Notes: generated by a model not told the origin, from the letters alone. DNA of 64,000 nt from Acutalibacteraceae bacterium (GCA_045658585.1 JAZOVH010000078.1:20234-84233); one strand, 5' to 3'; shown: positions 19,638 through 30,349, counted from the stretch's first letter. A program made the numbers and translations.

Positions 19638-21551
19638 ATGGCAGTTGTAAGCATACAAAACTTAAAAGTTGAATTCGGCGGAAAGATGCTTTTTGAAAAT
19701 GTTTCGTTTGATGTTAATGAGGGTGATTTTGTTGGTCTCATCGGTGCAAACGGAACGGGTAAAACCACGCTTTTCAAGGTTATTACCGGTGAAATTGAGC
19801 CCGCAGAGGGCGGCGCATTTCTTTCAAAGCATACCAAAACGGGTTATCTTGAGCAGCACGCCTGCCACGGCTCTGTCCGAACCGTTTATGATGAGGCTCT
19901 TTCTGTTTTTGCGCATCTTATGGAAGCCGAAACACAGCTTGAAATAATTGCCGCCGAAATTGACAAAAACTCTGCTGACAGAGATTCTCTTATTGAAAAG
20001 CAGAATTCACTTCACGAACGTTTCCAGGAGCAGGGCGGTTTAACTTTCAGAAGCAGAACAAGGTCAGCCCTCATAGGTCTGGGCTTCCTTGAAAGCGATT
20101 TCAATCTCACCTGCGATAAGCTCAGCGGCGGTCAGCGTTCAAAGCTTAGTATGTGCAAGCTTCTTTTAAGCGGTTCAGAACTGCTTTTGCTTGACGAGCC
20201 GACAAACCACCTTGATATTGCAGGCACGGAATGGCTTGAATCTTTCCTTTCAACCTATAAAGGAACGGTTATCGTTATTTCTCATGACCGTTATTTTCTT
20301 GACCGTGTTACCAACAAAACTGTTGAGCTTTCAAATCACAGATGCCACTATTCAAAAGGCAATTATTCCGAATATTTAAGGCAGAAAGAAGAACGTCTTG
20401 AAAGCGAAAGACGCCAATACGAAAATCTGCTTGAAGAAATCAAAAGAATTGAAGGCATTATTGAGCAGCAGCGTTCATTTGCGAGAGAAAGAAATTTCAT
20501 AACCGCAGAAAGCAAGCGCAAAATGCTTGAAAGAAAAAAAGCCGAGCTTGTTGAACCCGAGCCATCTCTTGCAAAAATGCGAATGAAATTCACACCTGCC
20601 TGCGAAACGGGCAACGATGTGCTTGAAGTCAGGGGGCTTTCAAAATCATTCGGCACAAAAACTCTTTTCCGCAACGGCGATATGCAGGTTTTTAAAAATG
20701 ACCGTGTTTTCATTCTCGGCGCAAACGGCTGCGGAAAAACAACTCTTTTGCGCATTCTCACCCGCCAGTTTTCAGCTGATGACGGTTCATATAATTTCGG
20801 TTCGAATGTAAAAACGGGATATTTCGACCAAAGTCTTGAAAGCCTTAAAGGCGGAAAAACCGTTATTGACGAAATTTGGGACGAGCACCGACTTTTCACC
20901 GAAACCACCGTTCGCAAATATCTTGCGCTCTTTCTTTTCAGAGGCGACAATGTTTTCAAAAATGTTGACACATTGAGCGGCGGCGAAAAAGCAAAGCTTT
21001 GCCTTTTAAAACTTATGCTTTCGGGTGCAAATGTGCTTTTGCTTGACGAGCCAACCAACCACCTTGACATTCCCTCAAGAGAGGTGCTTGAAGCCGCACT
21101 TGAGGATTTTGACGGCACAATTATCTGCGTTTCTCACGACAGATATTTTATAAATAAACTCTCAACCAAAATTTACCGTATGACAACTGACGGATTTGAA
21201 AAATTCGACGGTGACTATAACGATTATGCCGAGCTTGCTCTTAATCAGGCAAAAGAAAAGCCTAAAAAAGCGGAAGTTAAGGTTAATTCATATAAGCTTC
21301 GCAAGGAGCGTGAAAGCGAAATCAACCGTCTCAAGGGTAAAATCAAGAGAGGCGAAGCGGAAATTGACCGCCTTGACGGCGAAATATCAGAGCTTAACGG
21401 TCAGCTTTCAACTCCCGAGGTTTCGGCAGATTATGAAAAGGTTCTTGAATTTACAAACAAAATCAATGAGCTGACGGAAATTCAGCTTGCTCTTATGGAA
21501 GAGTGGGAGGAATGGAATCACCGTTTAGCTGAATTGATGACGGAGGAATAA
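19638..21551 (+). CDS. ABC-F family ATPase (YdiF/Uup-like)
   Basis: Two NBDs (GANGTGKTT, LSGGQ, LDEPTNHLD; GANGCGKTT, LSGGE), no TM segments, C-terminal coiled coil. Confidence 0.92.
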   Translation: MAVVSIQNLKVEFGGKMLFENVSFDVNEGDFVGLIGANGTGKTTLFKVITGEIEPAEGGAFLSKHTKTGYLEQHACHGSVRTVYDEALSVFAHLMEAETQLEIIAAEIDKNSADRDSLIEKQNSLHERFQEQGGLTFRSRTRSALIGLGFLESDFNLTCDKLSGGQRSKLSMCKLLLSGSELLLLDEPTNHLDIAGTEWLESFLSTYKGTVIVISHDRYFLDRVTNKTVELSNHRCHYSKGNYSEYLRQKEERLESERRQYENLLEEIKRIEGIIEQQRSFARERNFITAESKRKMLERKKAELVEPEPSLAKMRMKFTPACETGNDVLEVRGLSKSFGTKTLFRNGDMQVFKNDRVFILGANGCGKTTLLRILTRQFSADDGSYNFGSNVKTGYFDQSLESLKGGKTVIDEIWDEHRLFTETTVRKYLALFLFRGDNVFKNVDTLSGGEKAKLCLLKLMLSGANVLLLDEPTNHLDIPSREVLEAALEDFDGTIICVSHDRYFINKLSTKIYRMTTDGFEKFDGDYNDYAELALNQAKEKPKKAEVKVNSYKLRKERESEINRLKGKIKRGEAEIDRLDGEISELNGQLSTPEVSADYEKVLEFTNKINELTEIQLALMEEWEEWNHRLAELMTEE

Positions 21552-21553
21552 TT

Positions 21554-23734
21554 ATGACAAGCAAAGAAATGTTTAAAGGTGCCGAGTGGATTGAATGCAC
21601 GGGCAGCGATGCTCCCCTTTTCAGAAAAAGCTTCAATGCCGTTAAAGGCGAAAAGGCGGAAATAACAATCTGCGGTCTCGGTTTCTTCCATCTTTATATA
21701 AACGGCAAAAAGGTAAGTGAAGATTTGCTCACTCCCAACGCCACAAACTACAGCTACAGAGATTTGCATAAATTCCAGTTTCCTCTTGATGATGAATTGT
21801 CATTCAGAATTTACTGCATGAAATATGATATAACCGATTATCTGCTTGACGGTGAAAACACTCTTGCAGTTATGCTCGGCAACGGTTATTATCATCAGAT
21901 TAAAAGATTTGCCGAGGGCATTGTTGATTTCGGAACACCCAAGCTTTGCTATGTTATTGAAAAGGAAAGCGGAAACGTTCTTTGTGATGAAACAACCCTT
22001 TGCCACAAAGGCTTTGTTCTTGAAAACAATCTTTATTACGGCGAAGAAGCCGACTACACCCTTTACCCCGCAGGCTTTGAATTCAACGGTTACATCGGAA
22101 AAGATTTTGCTGAAAGCACGGTTATCCCCGCTCCCGAAAGCGAATTTTATATTCAGTTTTCACCCTCGGATAAAGTTATCCGCTCTCTCAAGCCCGTTCT
22201 TTTGAAAGACGAAGGCAAAACAAAGCTTTATGATGCAGGCGAAAATACCGTTGGCTATGCAGTTATCAGATGCCCCGAAAAAGGCAGAAAAATAACCGTA
22301 AGCTATGCCGAGGAAATTTATGACGAAAGACCCTGGTACGGAATGAAGTTTGAAGAGGGCTATCAGACCGAAACATTTATCACCGACGGCACAGACCGTG
22401 AATATATTCCCCTCTTCACCTGGCACGGATTCAGATATTTCAGAATTGAAGGCGATGCAGAACCCGTACGAGTTGATGTTGTGCATTCAGACTGCCCCGT
22501 TACATCTTCTTTTGAAAGCGATAACAAAAATCTTAACTGGCTTTATGAAGCATATATAAGAACTCAGCTTTGCAATATGCATTGCGGTGTTCCCTCTGAC
22601 TGCCCTCACAGAGAGCGTCTCGGCTACACGGGCGACGGTCAGCTTTGCTGCGAGGCAACAATGATGATGCTTGACAGCAAAGAATTCTATCGCAAATGGC
22701 TCTATGATATTGCAGACTCTCAATGCAAGATTACAGGTCACGTTACACACACCGCACCCTGGATGGGCGGCGGCGGCGGCCCCTCAGGTTGGGGCGGTGC
22801 AATGATTGAAGTGCCGTTTAAATTTTATAAAACATACGGCGACAAAGAGCTTCTCAATGAATTCTTCCCCAAGATGCTCCGCTTCCTTGATTATCTTGAA
22901 TCAAAAAGTGAAAACAGTCTTGTTTGCAAAGAAGAGCCCAACGGATGGTGCCTCGGTGATTGGTGCACACCTGATGAGATTAAGATTCCCGAAACATATG
23001 TTAACACCTGCCTTTACATTAAATTTATGCAGCAGGTAACCGAAGCTGCTGAAATCTTGGGCAGAGAAGAAGAGGTTTCTTATCTTGCAGAAAGAATTGA
23101 AAGAGTAAAGCGCGCAGTTGATATTGCATATTTAAGCCCTCACCAGCACGCATATCTCGGCGATATTCAGGGTGCTTCTTCGCTCGCTCTTCAGGTTGGT
23201 CTCGGCAATGAAAATGTTAAAAACCGTGTTTTTGATAAATATAAAAATCTCGGTATGTTTGACACAGGCATAATTGCAACAGAAGCTCTTACCGGTTATC
23301 TTTTTGAAAACGGTCAGGCACAGACTGCTTTTGACCTGCTTTCAAGCGACAAGGAAACTTCATTTGCATATATGGCAAGAAACGGCGCAACAACAATCTG
23401 GGAAAACTGGTCGGGCAGAGATTCAAGAAATCACCCGATGTTCGGCGCGGCAACAAAATATATATTTATGTATCTTCTCGGCATTATGCAGCCGAAAAAC
23501 AGCTACGGATATGAAAAAGTTGTTATCTCGCCTATGTTTGTTGACGGAATGAACTTTGCAAAAGGTCACATAACAACCGAAAAAGGCGTTATTTCAGTTG
23601 AATACAGCAAAAAAGACGGCAAGGCTACCGTTAAGGTTTTTGCCGACCCGAAAATCAAAGCTGTTTTTGACTGCTGCGGAATTTATGAAGAATTCAGCGG
23701 AGAAAAAGAATTTACAGTTACTATCGGAGAATAA
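21554..23734 (+). CDS. Alpha-L-rhamnosidase, GH78
   Basis: FTWHGFRY, PSDCPHRERLGYTGD, LGDW, GATTIWENW, SRNHPMFG. Confidence 0.9.
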   Translation: MTSKEMFKGAEWIECTGSDAPLFRKSFNAVKGEKAEITICGLGFFHLYINGKKVSEDLLTPNATNYSYRDLHKFQFPLDDELSFRIYCMKYDITDYLLDGENTLAVMLGNGYYHQIKRFAEGIVDFGTPKLCYVIEKESGNVLCDETTLCHKGFVLENNLYYGEEADYTLYPAGFEFNGYIGKDFAESTVIPAPESEFYIQFSPSDKVIRSLKPVLLKDEGKTKLYDAGENTVGYAVIRCPEKGRKITVSYAEEIYDERPWYGMKFEEGYQTETFITDGTDREYIPLFTWHGFRYFRIEGDAEPVRVDVVHSDCPVTSSFESDNKNLNWLYEAYIRTQLCNMHCGVPSDCPHRERLGYTGDGQLCCEATMMMLDSKEFYRKWLYDIADSQCKITGHVTHTAPWMGGGGGPSGWGGAMIEVPFKFYKTYGDKELLNEFFPKMLRFLDYLESKSENSLVCKEEPNGWCLGDWCTPDEIKIPETYVNTCLYIKFMQQVTEAAEILGREEEVSYLAERIERVKRAVDIAYLSPHQHAYLGDIQGASSLALQVGLGNENVKNRVFDKYKNLGMFDTGIIATEALTGYLFENGQAQTAFDLLSSDKETSFAYMARNGATTIWENWSGRDSRNHPMFGAATKYIFMYLLGIMQPKNSYGYEKVVISPMFVDGMNFAKGHITTEKGVISVEYSKKDGKATVKVFADPKIKAVFDCCGIYEEFSGEKEFTVTIGE

Positions 23735-23736
23735 AA

Positions 23737-24294
23737 ATGTTTATTATCAAACCGTATGAAGAGAAATATAAATCTGATGTGCAGCAGGTTTGCATTAACA
23801 CGGGGCCCAAATCCGCTTTAAAAGACCCTAAAATAAGAGAATACATTCTTTCTGCTTTCTGCGATTACTATATCGAGCAAGAAGGACGAAACGTTCTTGT
23901 TCTTGTTGATGAAAACGACAAAGCTCAGGGATATATTCTGTGTTCTGAAAATTTCAAACAGTTCAAAAAGAATTTTTCGCCTTATTTAAAAAAAATAAAG
24001 AAATGCGGAATTAATCACTATGTTGAGGTGCTGGGCGAAGTGTTGGCAACGGGTATTTTCTCAAAAAAATATCCAGCGCATCTTCACATTGACCTGAATA
24101 AGCAATGCAGAAACGGCGGATACGGCTCAAAAATGATAACAATGCTTTGCGATAACCTCAAAGCAAAAGGTGTTCCCGGGATTATGCTTATAGTTGGCTC
24201 AGGTAACACCAAAGCAATCAGATTTTATAACAGAAACGGATTTCATAAAATAATAAATGCATTCGGCGGAACCGTAATGGCAAAGGAGCTTTGA
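23737..24294 (+). CDS. GNAT family acetyltransferase
   Basis: YPAHLHIDL...RNGGYGSKMI, NTKAIRFYNRNGF. Confidence 0.85.
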   Translation: MFIIKPYEEKYKSDVQQVCINTGPKSALKDPKIREYILSAFCDYYIEQEGRNVLVLVDENDKAQGYILCSENFKQFKKNFSPYLKKIKKCGINHYVEVLGEVLATGIFSKKYPAHLHIDLNKQCRNGGYGSKMITMLCDNLKAKGVPGIMLIVGSGNTKAIRFYNRNGFHKIINAFGGTVMAKEL

Positions 24295-24295
24295 T

Positions 24296-25267
24296 ATGCG
24301 ATACGGAGTTATAGGAACAGGCTGGATTGCGAAATCATTTATTGACGGAGCAAGAATGCTTTGCAACTCGGATTTTGTTGCAGTTTATTCAAGAACAGCT
24401 GAAAGCGGAAACAAATTCGCTCAAGAAAATAAGATTGATAAGGTTTTTACGGATATCAACGAACTTGCAAACGGCGATTTTGAGGCAGTTTATATCGCAA
24501 GCCCCAACAAACTGCACTATGAGCAGTCAAAGCTGATGCTTGAAAACGGCAAACACGTTATTTGCGAAAAACCGATTACCGTTGAACCTGAAGAGCTTGA
24601 AGAATTGCAATCACTTGCCAAAGAAAAAGGCTTGATTTATTGCGAAGCGATAATGTATATGTTCAACCCCGCAAGAGATTTGCTGAAAGATGCTATGAGC
24701 AAAATCGGAAAAATCACAAGTGCACACTTTGATTTTTCTCAGCTTTCATCAAAATACCCCGCATATAAACGTGGCGAGCTTCCCAACATCTTCAATCCCG
24801 CTCTTGCAACGGGCTGTCTTATGGATTTGGGCATTTACTGCGTTTATCCCGCACTCGATTTATTCGGAATGCCTGAAAAAATAACCGCCTGCGCGCACTT
24901 TATGGAAAGCGGTGCAGACGGCAGCGGAGCAGCTTCTCTCGTTTATCCTGACAAGTTAATTAACTTTACATATTCCAAGCTTGGGCAAGACAGATCAGGC
25001 TCACAGATATTCGGCGATGAGGGAACAATAAAAATAGAGTCAATTTCAAAACTTACCAATATGAATTTAGTTTCAAATTCCCTTGATATTCAAGAGATTA
25101 TCGGCGATGTTGAGAAAGAAAGACTTATGGGATATGAAGCTGCGGGATTTGAGCATTTTATAGCCAATCCCGATGATGAATATTACTGCGTGACAAGTGA
25201 AAGAGCTTTACAAGTAAGTAAGATTATGAAGCAAATTCGTGATTTAAGCGGAATTAAATTCGGATAA
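24296..25267 (+). CDS. Gfo/Idh/MocA family oxidoreductase
   Basis: GVIGTGWIA, VYIASPNKLH, HVICEKP, GCLMDLGIY. Confidence 0.9.
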   Translation: MRYGVIGTGWIAKSFIDGARMLCNSDFVAVYSRTAESGNKFAQENKIDKVFTDINELANGDFEAVYIASPNKLHYEQSKLMLENGKHVICEKPITVEPEELEELQSLAKEKGLIYCEAIMYMFNPARDLLKDAMSKIGKITSAHFDFSQLSSKYPAYKRGELPNIFNPALATGCLMDLGIYCVYPALDLFGMPEKITACAHFMESGADGSGAASLVYPDKLINFTYSKLGQDRSGSQIFGDEGTIKIESISKLTNMNLVSNSLDIQEIIGDVEKERLMGYEAAGFEHFIANPDDEYYCVTSERALQVSKIMKQIRDLSGIKFG

Positions 25268-25272
25268 AAATT

Positions 25273-25302
25273 ACGGCACGGTTTAAAACCGTGCCGTTTT
25301 TT
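25273..25302. terminator. Bidirectional terminator
   Basis: ACGGCACGGTT-TAA-AACCGTGCCGT followed by TTTTT, between convergent genes. Confidence 0.75.
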
Positions 25303-25303
25303 A

Positions 25304-27511
25304 TTAAAAGATTCTGATTATTGCACCTATGATGCTGACGAACATTGCTGAAATCATTTCAAGCAGGTTGTCTGCATCCTGAATTTTTGCCTCGCCTCTG
25401 ATGCCCGTTTTCTCGCTTGACGGTGTAAAACGGAACTCATCAAGGCTTATCTGTGCTTCTCCTTCTGAACTGAAACACAAGCTCATTTCAGAAACCTTTT
25501 TCAGCTTGTTTCTTGCATATGTAAATCCGCATTCATTGCCCTTAAGAAGAAGAGAATCCAAATCAACGGTAATTTTATGCCATTCGCCGTCGGCAGGAAT
25601 TACCGTGTCAGTATAATTCGTTCCGCTGATTTTCGGCGAATACCACTTTTTGGAATTGACATATATTTTCAGCATATCAAGCTTTACATCTTCATTGCCG
25701 TTGTTTCTTGCCATAAATGTAAGCTTGCCGTAATCTGAATAATCATAATCCGTATCTTCAAACCTTGCGGTTTTGTCACCGTTATCAAATCCCATAACGG
25801 GGCTTGCTGTAAACGCTCCGCTTGAGCTGATATCAATACACTTTTCTTCGCTGTAGCCGAGGGTTGCATTTTCAACTTTCCACGAGGGATAAAATTTTGT
25901 ATCCGCATCATTATGAGTGTGCCAGGTCAATTCCTGCTCGCAGTCAACCCACGGTTTTTCGCACCAATAATGAGCATTTGCAATTTTTTGCGTTTCAAAC
26001 TGACACACGGGGAAAAGCAGTTTTCCGTTTGCTGAGGAATAAATATTTGCGTTGAGATTAACCGTTGAATAAGCATATGTTGCGGAAACGGGGTTTTTAA
26101 CCTCATCGCACCATACTCTTATTGTATCTTCTGATACAATTTCAGCATTTGCTTTAACATATATGCCGTCGGCACCGCAAACTGCAAATCCGTCAGGCTT
26201 TCCGCCGTTTGCAACAAGCCCGTCGCCGACATTCTCAAATGTTACATAAACACTTGCATTCTTTATTTCTGCGCTTTTTACGGTTGAAACAATGCATTTG
26301 TTATCCTCACCGTAAACCAGCCTGAGTGCCGAATCCGCCATTCTTTCGCCGAATTCTTTTTTGTTTTCGGGGTGGATTGATCCTGCCTCAGGAATGAAGG
26401 TGAGCGGAACATCATAAACAGTTATGCTTGCTCTGGATTCATTCTGCAGCTGAGTTAATCCTATATTAAAATCAAGCAAATCCGACATATCAGCGCTGTA
26501 AACATAAGCGGCAAGCTGGGTATAAACGATAGGCATAAGCTCATTTTCAAAGCCGAAAAGCTGCGAATACGAGCTTTGAAGCAAATCAAGCTGAGCTTCA
26601 TATTCATCAATGTTAAATCCGCCCAAAATTTCGCTTTCGCCCTGATACCATATCATACCCGACGGTCTGAAATGTTTAAGAGGTTCGATTTTTGTGTTAT
26701 AATTTGCCGTCATATCGGCATAAACATTTCCGCCCGATTCTTTCCATTCGCTCTTTTGGATAAAGCAGTCTTTTCTCTCAAGAAGTTCTTTCACTTCATC
26801 ATCGGATTCTATGGCTTCTCTTGAAATCCAGCTGCGAATATTCGTGCCGCCCAGGGATGCATTAAGAATGCCCACGGGCATATCAAGCTCTGAAATCATT
26901 TTATCCGCAAAGAAATATCCTACTGCACTCATTCCGTAAACGGCGGAATTTTCGCCCGTTATCCATTGTGCACCGATTATATCCTTTTGCGGTTCTGCAG
27001 GAAGAAGCTCGGTTGAACCCTTATATTCATTATATGCAGGCACAAGCAGAACTCTGAGCCACTTACTCAGTTTCTGTCCGCTTTCCATCATTTCCAGACC
27101 GTGTTTTGCCTGACCGAGAGGATACTGCATATTGCTTTGTCCGCTCGCAAGCCAGAGCTCGCCGAAAACAACTCTTTTAAGCCTTGCAAACTCCGTTCCG
27201 TCCGCTTTGAGAACAACGGTATATTCTTCATAGCTGCCCGAAGGAGCTGTGAACGACACCTCAAAGCTGCCGTCTTCCTCAACTGTACTTTTGCAGGTTA
27301 TAACCGATTCATTTGAAGAATCCAAAAGTTCTGCCTCAATAACACTTCCGCCTATACCTGTGCCTGCAAGAATTGCTTCTTCATTCTGCTGAAAAAGCAT
27401 ATCATTACCGTATATTGCATAAAGCTTTGCTTTTGACTCAACTGCATTTGAAACAGTTATAGCGCAGGTGCACAGCACGGTTGCAATCAAAAAAGAAAAT
27501 AGTTTTTTCAT
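25304..27511 (-). CDS. Secreted sialate O-acetylesterase-like (SASA/SGNH) protein with a C-terminal accessory domain
   Basis: Signal peptide; GELWLASGQSNM, SAVGYFFA, GGTNIRSW, WYQGES, IHPENK. Confidence 0.85.
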   Translation of the reverse strand: MKKLFSFLIATVLCTCAITVSNAVESKAKLYAIYGNDMLFQQNEEAILAGTGIGGSVIEAELLDSSNESVITCKSTVEEDGSFEVSFTAPSGSYEEYTVVLKADGTEFARLKRVVFGELWLASGQSNMQYPLGQAKHGLEMMESGQKLSKWLRVLLVPAYNEYKGSTELLPAEPQKDIIGAQWITGENSAVYGMSAVGYFFADKMISELDMPVGILNASLGGTNIRSWISREAIESDDEVKELLERKDCFIQKSEWKESGGNVYADMTANYNTKIEPLKHFRPSGMIWYQGESEILGGFNIDEYEAQLDLLQSSYSQLFGFENELMPIVYTQLAAYVYSADMSDLLDFNIGLTQLQNESRASITVYDVPLTFIPEAGSIHPENKKEFGERMADSALRLVYGEDNKCIVSTVKSAEIKNASVYVTFENVGDGLVANGGKPDGFAVCGADGIYVKANAEIVSEDTIRVWCDEVKNPVSATYAYSTVNLNANIYSSANGKLLFPVCQFETQKIANAHYWCEKPWVDCEQELTWHTHNDADTKFYPSWKVENATLGYSEEKCIDISSSGAFTASPVMGFDNGDKTARFEDTDYDYSDYGKLTFMARNNGNEDVKLDMLKIYVNSKKWYSPKISGTNYTDTVIPADGEWHKITVDLDSLLLKGNECGFTYARNKLKKVSEMSLCFSSEGEAQISLDEFRFTPSSEKTGIRGEAKIQDADNLLEMISAMFVSIIGAIIRIF

Positions 27512-27523
27512 ATTATACTCCTT

Positions 27524-28918
27524 TTATTTGCGAACAGTTTCAAAGTTGGAGCGAATTTCCGATGTTGTTCCCGTTGAAAGATAATAACTGTATTCCATAG
27601 GTGAAAAGCTCTTGAAATGGTGCCATTCGATAGCTGCAATATACGAGGTTGGTCCTGCAACAGAGGGATCTTTTTCATAGGTGTTTTCTCTGTCATAAAC
27701 TCCGGCAAGAAAAGACTCAGCAGTTTCTACATATAATCCTATTCCGAAGCTGTCATCAAACTCACCGATAAAAGCCGACCAGTTTTCAGTAGCGTTAAAA
27801 TTGGGGTATCCCGCATCAGGCCAGAAAATGAGTTCATTCTCATAGGAAAGGTTTTTATCACCTGTCCACGGTTTATCGCCCGAATAATAAACGAATCTGT
27901 TGAAAGGCTCTATGCAGTAAAACGCGGGCATTTCCTGGGTTGTGCGAGCTTCAGGGTAACCCGAATAATCAACAAAGCGGCAAGAAACATTAACAAGCCC
28001 TTTGCTGATTGTATAGGTCGCTTCCATATATGATGGGGTTATATCCGTTGCGGGCTTTGCCCAGTCAAGCGGTCTGCACTTTATATAAATTGAATTTTCG
28101 TCGCAAACCAAATCAACTATTTTACTGCTTTCGCCGAACTGATTGCCGCCCTGAACAGGGTTATAATTCCATCTGTTTCCCATAAACTCGCCGCAGTCAT
28201 AATCAGCTGTGCCGTAATATGATTGCTGAACAAGTCTGCCGGGGTCAAAGCGATTAATAAGGTTAACGTTATTGTTTACGCTCTTCAAGCCGTATCTTTC
28301 GGAAGCATTTGAATCAACAAAAATTCTGCCGTCCTTTTTAACTGCCTGAACATCCGAGTCTGTATCCTCAAGATAAGAAAGCGCACCGCCCCATTCAAGA
28401 TTTACGCCGAGCTTATAACCGTTGCTCTCAATATAAACATATTCTTCGGGCACCTCACGGTTAAAAAGTCCTATGCCGTAAAGAGTGAAATCCGCAGTTT
28501 CTTTATCGAGCGGTTCAAACGTTATTTTGCAAAAGCCGTTTGCTTTCTTTTTGTCAAGACAGCCGTCGATAAAACTGTGAAATTCATTGGCTTCATCGGC
28601 GGGTTCAAGGAAGAATTCTTCGGTATGCTCTTTGTTTCTTGTTTTATATGTAATTTCGCCCTTAATATAGGCATCGGATTTGTATTTAACTCCGTAATAG
28701 TTGAACCAATCGGTTTTAACACTGCCGAAATCAAAGGTTACGGTTTTATCTTCGGTTTTTTCTGCCGAAACTTTTTCACCGTCAAGTTCGATCATTCCGT
28801 CTGAATATCCGCTTCCCGAAACGGTAAAATCAGCTTCAATATTTTTAGGCAAAAAGCTGAACACATATGACGGAAGCATCATAATAAAAGAAATGATTAC
28901 AGATAAAAATTTAAGCAT
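27524..28918 (-). CDS. Hypothetical exported protein
   Basis: 464-aa ORF with hydrophobic N-terminus, RBS and a TTGACT-17-TATATT promoter upstream; 12 bp from the esterase gene. Confidence 0.75.
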   Translation of the reverse strand: MLKFLSVIISFIMMLPSYVFSFLPKNIEADFTVSGSGYSDGMIELDGEKVSAEKTEDKTVTFDFGSVKTDWFNYYGVKYKSDAYIKGEITYKTRNKEHTEEFFLEPADEANEFHSFIDGCLDKKKANGFCKITFEPLDKETADFTLYGIGLFNREVPEEYVYIESNGYKLGVNLEWGGALSYLEDTDSDVQAVKKDGRIFVDSNASERYGLKSVNNNVNLINRFDPGRLVQQSYYGTADYDCGEFMGNRWNYNPVQGGNQFGESSKIVDLVCDENSIYIKCRPLDWAKPATDITPSYMEATYTISKGLVNVSCRFVDYSGYPEARTTQEMPAFYCIEPFNRFVYYSGDKPWTGDKNLSYENELIFWPDAGYPNFNATENWSAFIGEFDDSFGIGLYVETAESFLAGVYDRENTYEKDPSVAGPTSYIAAIEWHHFKSFSPMEYSYYLSTGTTSEIRSNFETVRK

Positions 28919-28986
28919 AGTGTTTTCCCCTTATTATTTTATACTATAAATATACCACTCTGCACAATTCAAGTCAAGAAAGCAAA

Positions 28987-29010
28987 AAAGAGGCTGATTT
29001 CAGCCTCTTT
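28987..29010 (-). terminator. pyr operon terminator
   Basis: AAAGAGGCTGA-TT-TCAGCCTCTTT with a U tract on the minus strand. Confidence 0.75.
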
Positions 29011-29015
29011 AATTA

Positions 29016-29435
29016 TTAATCTTTTGCCTTGCTTTCGCAATAAATGCAACGGTAAACTTTGTTTTCACGGTCTGTAAGCTTGAATTTATGCTCAAGTTCC
29101 TGCTCAACAGAGGTTATGCATCTGGGATTTTTGCACTTGATGACTCCCGTTACATAATCGGGCAGAGAAAGCTTTGCTCTCTTTGCTCTTTCGCCGTTTT
29201 TGATAATGTTAACGGTTATTCCGGGGTCAAGATAACCGAGAATATCCAAATCAAGCTCAATGGGTGCACTGATTTTGATTATATCCTTTTTGCCCATTTT
29301 AATGCTGTCTGCATTGGTGACAATTGCAACCATACACTCCATTTCGCCGAGCCTGAGGACATTATAAATTTCCATACCTTTGCCTGCCGTAATATGGTCA
29401 AGCACGATACCGTTTTTAAGTTGACCTATAATCAT
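29016..29435 (-). CDS. pyrI: Aspartate carbamoyltransferase regulatory subunit
   Basis: [30 protein letters not shown]. Confidence 0.95.
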   Translation of the reverse strand: MIIGQLKNGIVLDHITAGKGMEIYNVLRLGEMECMVAIVTNADSIKMGKKDIIKISAPIELDLDILGYLDPGITVNIIKNGERAKRAKLSLPDYVTGVIKCKNPRCITSVEQELEHKFKLTDRENKVYRCIYCESKAKD

Positions 29436-30349
29436 TTTGACTCCTCCAAAAGCTTAAGAATAAGTGCCATTCTGATAAACTTTCCGTAGAGCACCTGTCT
29501 GAAATAGCAGGCTCTGGGGTCATCGTCAACACCGATTGAAATTTCATTAACTCTGGGCAGCGGATGCATAATGCAAAGGTCGTCCTTTGCTGTTAAAAGC
29601 TTTTCGTTGTTAAGAATATAAGTATCCTTAAGACGGATATAATCCGCTTCGTTGAAGAATCTTTCTCTCTGAACTCTTGTCATATAAAGAATATCGAGTT
29701 CGGGCATAACTTCTTCAAGCGAACGGGATTCAACATATTCAATTCCCTTTGCATCAAGAATTTCTGTCTTGATATATTCGGGCACTTTAAGCTCATCGGG
29801 CGAGATAAGCACAAATTTTATTCCGCTGTAGCGTGACATTGCGGCAATAAGCGAATGAACGGTTCTGCCGAATTTAAGGCCGCCGCAAAGGCCAACGGTA
29901 AGATTATCAAATCTGCCCTTTTCTCTGCGGATAGTGAGCAGGTCTGTAAGAGTCTGTGTGGGGTGGTTATGACCGCCGTCACCAGCATTGATAACGGGAA
30001 CGCCCGATTTGAGCGAAGCAACATAAGGTGCACCCTCTTTGGGATGGCGCATTGCAATAATATCAGCATAACAGCTTACTGTGCGAACAGTATCCGATAC
30101 GCTTTCGCCCTTTGCTGCCGAGCTGCTCTGTGCCTCTGAAAAGCCGAGCACATTGCCGCCAAGCTCATACATTGCCGCCTCAAAGCTGAGGCGTGTTCTC
30201 GTTGAACGCTCAAAGAAAAGCGTTGCAAGCTTTTTGCCCTTGCACTTTTCCGAATACTTTTCAGGGTTTTCAATTATATCCTGAGCAACATCAATAAGCT
30301 CATCGATTTCGGCGGTAGAAAGCTCCATTATATCAATTAAGCTTCTCAT
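29432..30349 (-). CDS. pyrB: Aspartate carbamoyltransferase catalytic subunit
   Basis: [39 protein letters not shown]. Confidence 0.96.
   Translation of the reverse strand: MRSLIDIMELSTAEIDELIDVAQDIIENPEKYSEKCKGKKLATLFFERSTRTRLSFEAAMYELGGNVLGFSEAQSSSAAKGESVSDTVRTVSCYADIIAMRHPKEGAPYVASLKSGVPVINAGDGGHNHPTQTLTDLLTIRREKGRFDNLTVGLCGGLKFGRTVHSLIAAMSRYSGIKFVLISPDELKVPEYIKTEILDAKGIEYVESRSLEEVMPELDILYMTRVQRERFFNEADYIRLKDTYILNNEKLLTAKDDLCIMHPLPRVNEISIGVDDDPRACYFRQVLYGKFIRMALILKLLEESK

Noticed and set aside
20363-21118. Long antisense ORFs (also 5362-6012 and 50519-51196)
   Set aside because: They lie entirely opposite well-supported genes and show no recognisable motifs
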